Part shown: positions 48,488 to 61,306 of the stretch, in pieces | Position numbering within the stretch: the first letter of the stretch is position 1 | Layout: the number at the start of each line of letters is the position of its first letter | NCBI GenBank assembly: GCA_965235115.1 | Contig: OZ249443.1 | Location: forward strand, 4,402,001-4,466,000 | Length of the DNA stretch: 64,000 nucleotides | Source: Laetmonice hystrix | Lineage: Eukaryota | Reading direction: 5' to 3' | Program-made: the position numbers and the translations under genes | Notes under the pieces: model-generated | The model's input: the letters and a program-made list of their open reading frames with translations, nothing else | Databases searched by the model: none | Told to the model about the DNA's origin: nothing

Positions 48488-48659
48488 GTGTCTAATTGGT
48501 TTGGGAACAAGAGAATCCGCTTCAAGAAGAATATTGGTAAGGGTCAAGAGGAAGCAAACCTGTACGCCACCAAGGCGCAGGTGGAGAGCGTAGCGGCAGC
48601 CACTGGAGCGACTTCCCCGGGCGTCCCACACTTGCCTACCAAACAGGAAGCAGACCAAG
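48488..48659 (+). CDS. Pbx: Pbx helix-3 exon variant C (172 nt)
   Basis: gagcag|GTG TCT AAT TGG...CAA G|gtttga; [57 protein letters not shown]; phase 0 in, phase 1 out. Confidence 0.8.
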
Positions 48660-49219
48660 GTTTGAAACATGAACTGACAAACCTAAACTGTGCCCTAGTC
48701 CTGGCACATTGCGACTCACTGTAAATTCTCGGTTTGAAACCTCTGATTGAAACCGCAGTGTGAATATTTGAGTTGGCCAAGGTGTCGTAATAATAATAGT
48801 GTGTGAGGGCTTTAGAAAGTGTAATGTATGAAGGTGATCGAAATGATCGAGACTGGAGTTTGTTCTAATTGTTAACATGATTGACGTAATGCCACTTTGT
48901 CTCCTTACGATTTATGTTACAAGAAGTCCACGTTAAAACATTTCATAGTAATAGAATGCTTATTTTTAAGACATCCGTGTTTTAAGGCCCTCAGAGGCAT
49001 CAAGACCGCAGGGTCAGAAATGGTTAGGGTTTATATAGTATTATACTTTGGTCACCTGGGTTAAAGTAGTCTCATTCCTCAGGTGTTTGTACTTACTGAA
49101 CGTGCCATTGTTAGAAAAGGTCCTGAGTGGGATGAGGTTAGGTTGAGGTCGTAGGAGGAGAATTCTGGATTACTTACGTTCTGAAAGGGATTTTATTAGT
49201 TTCACGCTGGAGATTAATG

Positions 49220-49587
49220 CAGGGTTCGTACGTCCTTAAATATCCTAAAAAAGTCGCGAAATTTGAAATATATCATTAAAGTACTTAAAAATTCATGAAA
49301 TTTCCGAAAATGCTCAAAAAGTCATACAAAAGTCATGAAATTTGATTGTCTATACAAATGTATTTTTAAAAAAAGTTCTTCAACTTTTTCATTTCCATCG
49401 CTAATTTGAAGAAAAAAAGAGTACTTTTTGTATAATTTTTGCACGTGTTAAAGATCGTGGATGACCCCTTACCTTAACTGCCTGGACTTGGAAGCATTGA
49501 CTTGTCAAAAAGTAGTGAAATGAGGTCCTTAAAAATTGGAAAAAAGGTCCTTTAAAGTCATGAAATTTTGGAAGTGTACGAACCCTG
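49220..49587. mobile_element. MITE with CAGGGTTCGTAC TIRs and 5 bp TSD (hAT-like termini)
   Basis: CAGGGTTCGTAC ... GTACGAACCCTG; TAATG duplicated at 49215-49219 and 49588-49592. Confidence 0.8.
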
Positions 49588-49832
49588 TAATGAGCCTGAT
49601 GTCTAATTAATAGAGTAATTAATTAATTTTCCTAACTAAATGAGAGCGCCAGTTTTGTAACTTGATGTCTTAACTTGATGTGAAGTAAAGTGATGGCAGA
49701 TTGGCACGATTAATCGGGTCGATCGGTGAGAGTGTTGAGAGAGAGAAAGGTTCTGGTTGTGGCTAACACAGCGGATATTTTGATTGATGCTGGTTGTGGC
49801 TAACACAGTGGATATTTTGATTGATGCTGCAG

Positions 49833-49948
49833 GCGCCTCCACCTACAGTATGGTACCACGACCAGGTAGTCAGATGGGTGGCCAAGGCCAGGGCATGTAC
49901 ATGAACCTGAACGGTGACAACTACAACAGTGAGAGTGTACCTTCACAG
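49833..49948 (+). CDS. Pbx: Pbx exon downstream of the homeodomain (116 nt)
   Basis: ctgcag|GC GCC TCC...TCA CAG|gtgagt; (G)ASTYSMVPRPGSQMGGQGQGMYMNLNGDNYNSESVPSQ resembles PBX ...LNGDSY...SQ; the phase 1 start fits all three variants. Confidence 0.85.
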
Positions 49949-52218
49949 GTGAGTGGATCTCTGGTCAGCCGCTAGACGGCGACACCCTCGACATACCTGA
50001 ATAATTAGTGGAAGCTAAAATCTCAGAATAAAATTTGAACTTCAAGAAATTCTTTCAATACATGTAACATTTCAGTGCTTTATGCTAGTTTTAAGATATT
50101 TTAACCGTAAAATTGAGATAATTGATCGGGGAGAAGCAATGTTTCATAGACAAGTCCGAATGTGATTTGAGGGAGATGTTTGGTTGTGTCGTTTTAGCAG
50201 AGTGGCTACGGCTCGGAGGGAATGCCCACATCAACATCTGGAATGTACGATCCTCACATGCAGCAGGTATAAGGACAACTCTTTGTACACAACTAGAAAG
50301 CTTCTTTTTTTCCCCTTCTTTTTTTTTAAATCCTCAGTTAAGAAACAGAACAGACGGTGGTTGTCCCACAAGAGACTTTGTTTTGTACATGACGCGAGAG
50401 GGCGCTGTTGGTGGCGAGAGTGATGAGGTAATTGTTTGGGAAACCTTCAGTTGCTGCAGTTTATGTAGAAATGTATGTATGTGGACAAACTGTGCTCTAC
50501 TTACATGACCTGAATCAATGTGACACTCTATTCAGCTGGTGTAAGTTGTCTTTTTATTGTATTATCATTATTGTCATTGTTATGATAATTATACTCTTGA
50601 CATTTTATTAATTAGAATATATGGTGATAGGCCAGAAAGACCAATTTTATATAATAATACCCAGTTATTTGTAGAAGATGTACAAATAGATGTAGAGTAA
50701 ACGATTACTCCTCGGGCCAATTTTTGTCAATTTTCTGACATTGAGGTCAAGAAGAGGTCAAGGTTAAATGAAGGTCGAAGTCTTATAAACCAGCAAGTCA
50801 TTGTAATCGGCGTCTTGCTGTGGGTCAGAAATTTTAGCAGAACTTTTATTTTTGTCCCAGTTAGCTAATATTTCGTTGGGTCGTATAAAAGTTGTTGCAT
50901 TTGCGTTATAGGTTATGTACCTGCTGGTAATCTTTGAAGATTAATTGTGAGAGAAAATCTGCTATTGTATTGCAATTATTGCTACTATACGTGGCTGGAC
51001 TATAGACCCAGGCAGGTGGGGGAAATCCACAAGTATTATCACATAATGATAACAAGATGGTGCTTTCCAAGAAAGAATGGTATATACATGTTTTATGTTA
51101 TAACCTAGGCAACTTGTTGTGACCTAATTTATTGCCAAAAAAAAGAAGGAATGTGGGATAGGGTCACAGTGACTGATGGAAGTACGGTGATGTGACTGAC
51201 ATTTTTCTGTATGTAAAGCTTATAAAGCAGATTAAATTTTGTCTGTGTTGTCATGTGAGTGTGTTCAGTATTGGTCCAGGTCTAATACTTAAAAAAACAT
51301 TATTGAAAATAGCATTTCAATAGCAACTATTGACTATGTCAGTACATGTTGTTTCATGAACCAGTACTACCTGACAAAAAATGTATCACTGATACTGCTA
51401 CAAGAGAGAATACTGATGGCTTAATTGGTGCGCTATCGTTATTTTAAACTATCACAGAGTAAAGAAAGGAATCATTTGTAAAGCAAGCGGTCAGACGGTG
51501 AAACATCGGTGTCGATCAGTCCTATCAGTTGTTAGGATACCGGTCTGATATATTCTCAGTCTGAAGGGTTCGGGGCCTGGTCAGGGGGTTTCTAATGGCT
51601 GGGTTACCTTGGTAACGTCACACAGAACATCGTCACCGCTATCAGCCAATGAGATGGCGCAGAAAGATGGCTATTTATAGATTATTTTAGTACATAAAAA
51701 TGCCGACAGGTGTGAAGATGTGGGAGGGGCTGGCGTTGTATCAGCGCTAATTACAGGTAAGGGTAAAGAAAAAATAAATAGATAAGATGAGATAATGTGT
51801 ATATCAGTATAACAATGACGAGGTAGAATCAGAGGCAGCACCCATTGTGTGGGATATGCGCCGGAATGAATTGGTCAGTATTTCAAGTTTTTTTTTCAAA
51901 TAGGGAAAGAATTTTTGTTAAATATGCAAATTGCACTAAAAGTTAAACGTTTGGGTACCAAGAGGAGCTGTGAGGTGGCAGAATAGGAAGTAGAAAGACC
52001 TGTCAAACTAAATATTATATGTTTATATGCAGCCAGACCTCGGATCAGAGTTAGAGTTAGGTTGGTCAGACTCCATGACATCAGTGTTCTGACTGAGGAC
52101 CCAGGTGGGTGCGTTTCCAAACCTGTCCTTAGCTTGTCGTGTCACCAACACCTATACGTTCACGGGGATTTGGACGGACGACAGGATAACAATGGTTGTG
52201 GAACGCACCTCAAGGATT

Positions 52219-52325
52219 CTAGCTATAACATAGACATATAATCTACGTCTATAGCTATAACATAGACCTATAATCTACGTCTATAGCTATAACATAGACC
52301 TATAATCTACGTCTATAGCTATAAC
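52219..52325. repeat. 32 bp tandem repeat, ~3 copies
   Basis: CTATAGCTATAACATAGACCTATAATCTACGT. Confidence 0.85.
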
Positions 52326-53006
52326 AACATTTTTATTTTGTCGCAGCCCTATGGACGTCTTGAGAAGCTTAGATCCAAAACTCTTTTTTTTTCTTCTTTT
52401 TTCCCCCCTTTTTTTCAAAGTTTTTTCAAACTTTGGTGTCAAATGGTGTTGAAACTTACAAGTCTATCATGAAGACCCTGATAATGGTATACTAAGTGCT
52501 TAGTAGGGGTTCATGCTAGAACTGCCAGGTTATGGTAATTATAACTGGTTTGTATGGTACTATATATGGTACACACAATGGTGACACGTGGTTACAAACT
52601 ACCAAATATGGCGACGATGACCTTATATGGTGCAATGTGTGGGGACAATCAAGTTCATGATTAAGATGTAGTTATATAGAGAAGCGAATAGTGTTTTGTA
52701 CAATCAGTGATTGAAAAGTTGGTCAGTCGATGACCATGTGTTGAAAATCAAATCTACCCTCCAAGTACTTGAAAAGTCTCTGCCGGTTTAGTGGGTTTAG
52801 TGTTTTGTTTTATAATACAACCCCCGGTAGCCACTGTGCCATTAGTATCGGCTGTATTTTTGTATTTTAATTTCCAGATAATCAGTCAAATCTGAGATCA
52901 TTACGTAGAGAACTTTTCCCTACAAGGATGGTAGATTTCATTATGTATATTACGTGGAACGCAAAGAAATGGTCATACTTCTACAGAGATGCCACCCCCC
53001 CTCCCT

Positions 53007-54735
53007 ACCTGTGAGGGGGAGATGATGTCTATAGATGTATCCTGCCCCACCCAGTGACTTGTCCCCCTCCTCCCTACCTGTGAGTGGGAGATGATGTCTA
53101 TAGATGTATCCTGCCCCACCCAGCGACTTGTCCCCCCTCCTCCCTACCTGTGAGTGGGAGATGATGTCTATAGATGTATCCTGCCCCACCCAGTGACTTG
53201 TCCCCCTCCTCCCTACCTGTGAGTGGGAGATGATGTCTATAGATGTCCAGTGCAGGAGTATCCTGCCCCACCCAGTGACTTGTCCCCCTCCCCCTCCTCC
53301 CTCCCTGTGAGTGGGAGATGATGTCTATAGATGTATCCTGCCCCACCCAGTGACTTGTCCCCCTCCCCCTCCTCTCTACCTGTGAGTGGGAGATGATGTC
53401 TATAGATGTATCCTGCCCCACCCAGTGACTTGTCCCCCTCCCCCTACCTGTGAGTGGGAGATGATGTCTATAGATGTATCCTGCCCCACCCAGTGACTTG
53501 TCCCCCTCCCCTCCTCCCTACCTGTGAGTGGGAGATGATGTCTATAGATGTATCCTGCCCCACCCAGTGACTTGTCCCCCTCCTCCCTACCTGTGAGTGG
53601 GAGATGATGTCTATAGATGTATCCTGCCCCACCCAGTGACTTGTCCCCCTCCTCCCTACCTGTGAGTGGGAGATGATGTCTATAGATGTATCCTGCCCCA
53701 CCCAGTGACTTGTCCCCCTCCCCCTCCTCCCTACCTGTGAGTGGGAGATGATGTCTATAGATGTATCCTGCCCCACCCAGTGACTTGTCCCCCTCCCCCT
53801 CCCTGTGAGTGGGAGATGATGTCTATAGATGTATCCTGCCCCACCCAGCGACTTGTCCCCCCTCCTCCCTACCTGTGAGTGGGAGATGATGTCTATAGAT
53901 GTATCCTGCCCCACCCAGTGACTTGTCCCCCCTCCTCCCTACCTGTGAGTGGGAGATGATGTCTATAGATGTATCCTGCCCCACCCAGTGACTTGTCCCC
54001 CTCCTCCCTACCTGTGAGTGGGAGATGATGTCTATAGATGTATCCTGCCCCACCCAGTGACTTGTCCCCCTCCTCCCTACCTGTGAGTGGGAGATGATGT
54101 CTATAGATGTATCCTGCCCCACCCAGTGACTTGTCCCCCTCCCCTCCTCCCTACCTGTGAGTGGGAGATGATGTCTATAGATGTATCCTGCCCCACCCAG
54201 TGACTTGTCCCCCTCCTCCCTACCTGTGAGTGGGAGATGATGTCTATAGATGTATCCTGCCCCACCCAGTGACTTGTCCCCCTCCCCCTCCTCCCTACCT
54301 GTGAGTGGGAGATGATGTCTATAGATGTATCCTGCCCCACCCAGTGACTTGTCCCCCTCCTCCCTACCTGTGAGTGGGAGATGATGTCTATAGATGTATC
54401 CTGCCCCACCCAGTGACTTGTCCCCCTCCCCCTCCTCCCTACCTGTGAGTGGGAGATGATGTCTATAGATGTATCCTGCCCCACCCAGTGACTTGTCCCC
54501 CTCCCCCCCCCCCTCCCTACCTGTGAGTGGAAGATGATGTCTATAGATGTATCCTGCCCCACCCAGTGACTTGTCCCCCTCCCCCTCCCCTCCTCCCTAC
54601 CTGTGAGTGGGAGATGGTGTCTATAGATGTCCACAACAGGAGTATCCTGCCCCACCCAGTGACTTGTCCCCCTCCTCCCTACCTGTGAGTGGGAGATGAT
54701 GTCTATAGATGTATCCTGCCCCACCCAGTGACTTG
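53007..54735. repeat. ~69-75 bp minisatellite, ~24 copies
   Basis: Unit ACCTGTGAGTGGGAGATGATGTCTATAGATGTATCCTGCCCCACCCAGTGACTTGTCCCCCTCCTCCCT with a variable C-rich segment. Confidence 0.95.
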
Positions 54736-55010
54736 CGAACTATGACCGTTTCTCTGTGTACCCGTACTGGAAGGGTTTGTTCGAAGGTATCAACCTTCAA
54801 GTGATGAATGTTGTATCGTGTACAATCGGCATTTATTGCACCGTATTGTCTATTCTGCTATAAACAGCCAGTGAAAGAAACATCATGTATTATAACAATA
54901 ATCTAGAAGGGTAAAGAACTTTAGGAAGTCTTACTTCATCAGATAAAAAACTCGCAACAAATGCCATGGCCCATCAAGGTCCCCACAGGGAAACATAATT
55001 CATCAAGTAT

Positions 55011-55243
55011 ATGTGGACTATGAGGACAACAGTAATGTGGACCATATTTATGAGGACAACAGTAATGTGGACCATATTTATGAGGACAACAGTTATGTCG
55101 ACCTTATTTATGAGGACAACAGTAATGTGGACCATATTTATGAGGACAACAGTAATGTGGACCATATTTATGAGGACAACAGTAATGTGGACCGTATTTA
55201 TGAGGACAACAGTAATGTGGACCGTATTTATAAGGACAACAGT
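55011..55243. repeat. 30 bp minisatellite, ~8 copies
   Basis: Unit TATGAGGACAACAGTAATGTGGACCATATT. Confidence 0.93.
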
Positions 55244-55671
55244 ATACTGGCCACCTAAATTATAGAGTCCACCTTTGCCATGCCATGTATAGGGTGTGCA
55301 AGTAGGTCAAAACAAACAGCCGAGTTTGGTCCTAACGTGGTCGTAATTTCATCACTTTAACATTGCGAGTCGGTAACTGCGACTGTCAATTTCTAAATAT
55401 TATTATTCCATGGTTAGGGCGCTTTCATTTTTGTATCTTACAGTTTGAAAATGCGTTTCTCATGCTATGTTAAATCAATGGAGAAATTGTGACGAAACAA
55501 TCGTTTAGGGACCAAATTGACGTGTTTTGAGGCTATTTCTGCTCATTTACATGTCAAGGACACGGGACTTGCACTCCCTACTGCGTGTCCTCTCGCGAAA
55601 GGAGCAAACACATCAGAATTTATCATCATCCATCGATTCAGCAACTTGATGGGCCATAGTGTTTGAGCAAA

Positions 55672-55739
55672 CGACCAGGGGGCGCTGCCAGATTGTCCTA
55701 TCGACCAATGTGAGTAAACGAGGAACGCTAGGTGGCGCC
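55672..55739 (+). promoter_or_regulatory. Tandem pair of CTCF-like motifs
   Basis: CGACCAGGGGGCGCTG (55672-55687) and ACGCTAGGTGGCGCC (55725-55739), same orientation. Confidence 0.4.
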
Positions 55740-57480
55740 ACAGTGGGAAATGAAACTAGAAGAACCCGTATGAAGACGCCGGAGCAGGGCCTTTAAGAAG
55801 TAGGGTGCTGTCGGAATGTAGGACAGATGTGGGACGTTGTGTTTTGAATGCATCATTGGCAGTGCCCCTGGTAGAAAATAAATATACTTAGAGAACAGGA
55901 GGAGGGACTCGTGTTGCGGTCTGCCGGGAGGCGTGGAGAATGTCCTGCCCTCCGACTGAAGCCGACCCTGTCATGTTAATAACCTTAGGTTCCGATAGAT
56001 GGAGCTGTACTGTACATATCGCAGTGACCGTGAAGTGCTTGTGCTGCCACCTGTATGTAGCGGGCTTTGACGAGCGTTTTGTCTGTGCGCATTTTACTGA
56101 ACGCCGCCGCAGCGTCCGCGGTAAAACTGAAAGATAACTGTAAAGAGTTATGACATTCAGTGTTTTTGTTATCGATGGACTAAACTGTAAATAAACGGCA
56201 TTTACAGTGGTGAGAAAAAGCTACTGGAAGGTGTTCTTTATCGAAGTGTTGGGAAGTAGAGTGAATGGTTTCAGGGTGAGGGGTGAGCTACTCATACTAA
56301 TTGTCCTTGTGTCCGTGCCACTTGAAATGTCCCAAGGAGGGGGCTTTATTTCTAACACAGAACTATTTTAAATTTTTGAGATTTGAGGTGGGGCCTTGCA
56401 CTTTGTCCTTCAATTTCAGGTTGCTAACCTGTCACAAGAAGGGTGTCCACTTGTTTCCATGTCAGTGGGTCACATTGTACGTGTTTGTTGTTTACATGTG
56501 CAGGATTTAACAAACTTGATAATATACCCCCACTTGACGTCGGCTAGTAGACATGCTACCGTTGGTAGCTCGTTGCTAGAAGTAGAAATCATACCGTGCA
56601 TGACTGGAACTTTCTCGTCATTAAGTAGTACATTATAGATGTAGTTTCCTTTCAGAGTAGTCTAACATTAGTTTTCATTCGGTCTACAGTACATTAAAAC
56701 CATTAGAATTATATTTTATAAATTTTGTTGCAATTTTTTTTAACGCTGCTTATCCATTGATGACGTAATAATCGTTCTCTCATTAGCATATCATGATATC
56801 CAAAAATATGCAGAGACCAGCGTGACTGAGAGGGATTTCCAGTGATGTTATACTGATTCTACTACTAGATTACTTCAGATAGAGCACTAACTCACAGATC
56901 TGCTTAGTTGCCTTGCACTATATAAAACTCATATACTAACGCCACCCGCCTAGAATATATACTTTGATTTTTCTCTCATTTCTCGTTTACCTCCGTGTAT
57001 TTTGCGCTGGAGGGACCTCGTTTTACTGAGAGCCGCTCTCGATGGCGTGCGGGCGGCGATCTTTTTCCTCAATGAAAAAGTGATGTGGTGCGAAAAGAAA
57101 AACAAAAAACTTTTTCCTTTGATCAAAAAAAGTGCATGATTTCTGGATTCTTTACCCCTTCATCCGAAACCAATTTTTTTTTATATTGATGCATGATGCA
57201 TGCAGAATTGTAGTTGATAAATATTTGGCCTAGGCAGATCTGTGCTCCAATTGGCATGAAATTCTTTTTTACAATTTGTACCCAAAGGAATTTCCCCCTT
57301 TTAGCAGGCAGCGTTTCAGGAATTGAAACATTAATCGAGAGTGGCGTTCTGATGCCAGATCTGTCGTTTCCAAATTTAACGAAGACACAAACAAAACATT
57401 GGAATATCCAATGAGATTTCAATGCACGAAATTTCGGATCGGGTAATCTTTTCGTGACACCCATCACTTTGTCATTGTAG

Positions 57481-57627
57481 GTGCCACATGACGACCATCG
57501 GTCGCCCCACGGGGACGAAGACATCAAGGTACCGCCAGGGGAACCAGGGGAGGGGTGGAGCGGGTTTGCTATGGACGGGGACGGTAGCTATGACGACACG
57601 CAGGATTCCAAGAGTTCGGCAGTCTGA
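57481..57627 (+). CDS. Pbx: Candidate terminal coding exon of Pbx
   Basis: Acceptor ctttgtcattgtag|GTG; phase 0 matches the 49948 donor; VPHDDHRSPHGDEDIKVPPGEPGEGWSGFAMDGDGSYDDTQDSKSSAV*; GC-rich coding-like composition; only weak similarity to known PBX tails. Confidence 0.5.
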   Translation: MPHDDHRSPHGDEDIKVPPGEPGEGWSGFAMDGDGSYDDTQDSKSSAV

Positions 57628-58765
57628 AACCCCGACGGCCTACCCGAACGAAGATGTGAGGCCGACAGCGATTGGTTAGTGCCGTGCCAAAGTCGACGTG
57701 GACTTGACGCTTGTGTTTCCTACCATGTAATACGTGTTTTCGTATTGGTCAACGCGGAGCGCCAATCAAAAAAGGCAGTGGACTTGCAGGCTAAGTGATT
57801 GTTCATTGACTATTCAGTGGTTCATCAGAAGGGCAAAGAGCCCCCCCCCCCCTAAAAGAAAAAGAAATTGTTGCAGAAATTTCCCCAATGAAATCGACAT
57901 TGCTGCAGTGATAACCTTGTATGACCTTGTATGGTTGAACGAGAATTGTAGCCTGTAGTGTAGACCTTTTGTCCTAGTAGTGTGTCAGTCCTATCTGATC
58001 GTCGTATTTACCAAAACAACTCCAGTGGTAGTGTCATTGACCCGCCTCCTCGCTCCAAGGTAACCATTGCAAACAGGAAGAAGTAACAAGTGATTTCACC
58101 TGTAGGTCGTACCTACAGGTGTGCGTATATTGTGGCTGTTTGAGAGATTATGCGTGTCACAACCTGCCATTCTCGAAATCCATAACCCTGTTCCTCTGTG
58201 CGTATATTGTGGCTGTGTTAGAGATTATATGTCTCACAACCTGCCATTCTCCAAATCCACAACCCAGTTCCTCATACCGCAGTTTGCTGTTGATCTCTTC
58301 TGACCATATTTTGAATTTTTGTAATGGCGGCAGAAGAAGGGGTTGTAGGCCTCTTCCTACTTTTTGAAAAAACAAAAACAAAAAAAACCCATCCCGAGCC
58401 GTTTAAAAAAGTGTATCCCGAGGCCAGAAACATAACCCCCTCCATTTTCCCTGTTATTCATATTTGTACCAAGTACATTTTGTTTTATGTACACTTTTGA
58501 AAAAGTGTATTCTTGCGGGAGTTGCCCTTTTGGCAGTAGATACCTGAGTAAGACTGGCGAGATTGCCCTGTGATTTGTTCAGTTCGCCTAATGAGAAGGT
58601 GTACAGGGTAGAATTCCCATCCTCTTGTGACAGTGTGACTCCCACATCGGACGTAGTCTTTTATTGAACGTGTATGCTTACATAAACAACGACCAAGTCA
58701 TTATTGTCGGTTTTTTTAACAGGCGTCCGGTCGGTATTGAGATCTACATAGGACTTGTCGCGCCT

Positions 58766-58883
58766 GGGCCCAGTTCGTAAACAAACTTAAGATCTTAACG
58801 TTTCTGATTGGCTGGTCTCAGCAGACCAGCCAATCAGCAGCCTTAAGCTTAAGCAAGATCTTAAGTTTGTACAAACTGGTCCC
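58766..58883. mobile_element. Short fold-back (hairpin) MITE-like element
   Basis: GGGCCCAGTT...AAACTTAAGATCTT / AAGATCTTAAGTTT...AACTGGTCCC with an inner perfect stem CTGATTGGCTGGTCT/AGACCAGCCAATCAG; no clear TSD. Confidence 0.6.
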
Positions 58884-60918
58884 TTAATCAGGACAATTGT
58901 GACTTGTAGTTAAACATGGTTGGGTGTGTTTTACCACTCTAACAAAGATCTGTGTCAAACAAAGTTTTGTGGAAGGCATATACCGCAATATTCCATGTAT
59001 ACCCCGCGGCCATATAAGCCGCATGTCATCTTTGAAGCAAAATGGTAAGGGGGGAAAATTGAGACGCCTATACTAGATCTTCCAATTACGGGGGATGCTA
59101 TGTATCTGTTTATACCTATGTTTATCATATGTCAAGTTGGTATTTATCGTCCTAGTTATATGAAGATATCAAAATGTTGCTGAGCGAAGGTTAAACTATA
59201 AATACCTGATCCAAAAGTAGAGTAATACCTGATCCAAAAGTAGAGTATGGGTAAGGAAGGAGAAGTAGGCCACCGGCTTTGACATTATTGACAAATGCAA
59301 GAGTCGGCAATTGTTTTCTTACTGAAATTATTGTGCTTCAAAAAAACTGCGCTTTTTACGAATTGAGGGAACTTTTGGTATAGGTAGAACTGAAACCAGC
59401 AAGAAAAATCCATTGGCGTGTCTCCTAGCTTAATCAATTGTACATCTTCATGGCGTTCAAGGTTTCCTTGTGCGATCATCTGCTGGAATTTCTTGTATAT
59501 ACCAAGGGTGAAACGAAGAACAAGATTGAGGAAAAACCGTTCAGAGATGCCACTCGTCCTGGCTTGTCGGAAAACTAGTGGCAGCTGGACTACACAACTA
59601 GTGAGTGGGCCAACTTCAAAAGGAATTCCCGATTAAGTTTTTTTTAAGACCCAGAAAGAAATAACAAAGGAATAACAAGGGATTTATCTAGAATCATAAA
59701 GAGTACTGTATAGCGAGTACAAATACATGTATAAGCTTATCACAGAACGTATAAATGAATCAATGCCATTAATGTCATTTTTTTACATCCTTTGCCGTCA
59801 CCAGAACTTGCATTTCCTCTTCTTGATTTCTGGCCATGAGAGAGTGGCATCTCTGATTCTTTCAAGTTTCTTGAAGAGCTTTAACTTGCTTTAACAGTGG
59901 GACGGTAAGAAACCTGCCACTGTTTAGAGAAGGTCTTAACAAAGACGACCGGAAGCAGCAGTTGCCATGGAACCCACATCCGAATGCAGTTGTTGCTAAG
60001 AGGGGTCGCTAAGGAAGCGTTCAATTTTAGTCGTCGATAATTGGATGTTTTTACCGATCACGTGACAGACCCCAACTTGAACACTTCTACGACATTATAT
60101 ATTGTATGTAGTGTATAGAAAAAATACAGTATTGTTGTGTGTATATCGACGAGGTGACAAAGCATGTATCTACAATGTCGAATAGATCGTTTAAAACACT
60201 TGCCAGTGTGTTGTGCCATACAACTTGGAGTTATATAAATATATCAAATGAATGTGAAATACATGCCAGGGAAAATAGGTCCCGCCATTGAAACCAGCGT
60301 TTTTTCTCAGCTATCTATAGGGTTTAACGAAAATGTGAATTTACATGATAATGAAAGGAACTTATTTAACGAATCGTGTATAGATTGCGGAACCAACCGT
60401 TGTGTGTCTGTTGCTACCAAAGTGGCAAATTCCACAGGTATGTGTCTATATAACTAAGCGTCATTGTGTAAACATTAGTGTCATCATACTCATCAAGAAA
60501 AAACTGCTGTACAGCCATAATCCATGCACGATTCTCCAATATCTGTGAACTAGATGAGCCAGACTGGAATGCGAACATCTTATGACGGGCAGATACAACA
60601 CAGAATTTTATTTTTTCTCAATCACAGATTTCGTTGGTATGTTTCATCCCATCCTAGTCACGATAATGTAACAAGCCTTACTATACACCCACCATATAGA
60701 AGGTAATGACATGAAAGTAGGCCAGAGTATGTAGTTAATTTTGTTATAGACATATATTATATATATTTACCCTTGGAAAATTAAAGCCTAAAACAGTGTG
60801 GAAAATTCCACTCAAACACCCAATACTGAACCGCAGGAAACTGAATTGTTAAAATATTGAAATATACGGTCTGTCCTTATCCCATATACCAGGCTGTAGA
60901 CCGAATGGAACGAGAGAG

Positions 60919-61018
60919 CAGTGGCGGATTCAAGGTGTGTGTGTGTTTGGCGGGGGGGGGGGGGGCACCAAACGGGTGCCCCCCCCCCCCGGCAACGACC
61001 CCGCTGGATCCGCTCCTG
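60919..61018. mobile_element. Small hAT-like MITE in a GA tract
   Basis: CAGTGGCGGATTCA ... TGGATCCGCTCCTG imperfect TIRs; GAGAGAG on both flanks. Confidence 0.55.
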
Positions 61019-61137
61019 GAGAGAGAGTGGGTGAGAGAGGGAAAGAGACCGCGATGGTAGTCCGATGATAGGTTGAACAGGGTAACTAAACCATGGAAAC
61101 GACACAGCAAATGGTCAACACGTGACCAAGAGTGCTG

Positions 61138-61306
61138 GTCATGACTATTCATTATATACTATACTGTATACTTGTGTGACGTCATGACTATTCATTGTCT
61201 ACTACTGTATACATCTGTGACGTCATAACTAATCATTGTCTACTACTGTATACATTTGTGACGTCATGACTATTCATTGTCTGTTACTGTATACATGTGT
61301 GACGTC
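61138..61306. repeat. 41-43 bp tandem repeat x4 carrying TGACGTCA
   Basis: Unit GTCATGACTATTCATTGTCTACTACTGTATACATTTGTGAC. Confidence 0.85.

Noticed and set aside
52950-55265. Repetitive ORFs (MGQDTSIDIISHSQ..., YEDNSNVDHI...)
   Set aside because: Translations of intronic minisatellites with frequent frameshifting length variants.
58980-60000. Possible pogo/Tigger remnant (TACCG... terminus, KLKLFKKLE HTH-like peptide)
   Set aside because: No matching second TIR or DDD motif found; too weak to call.
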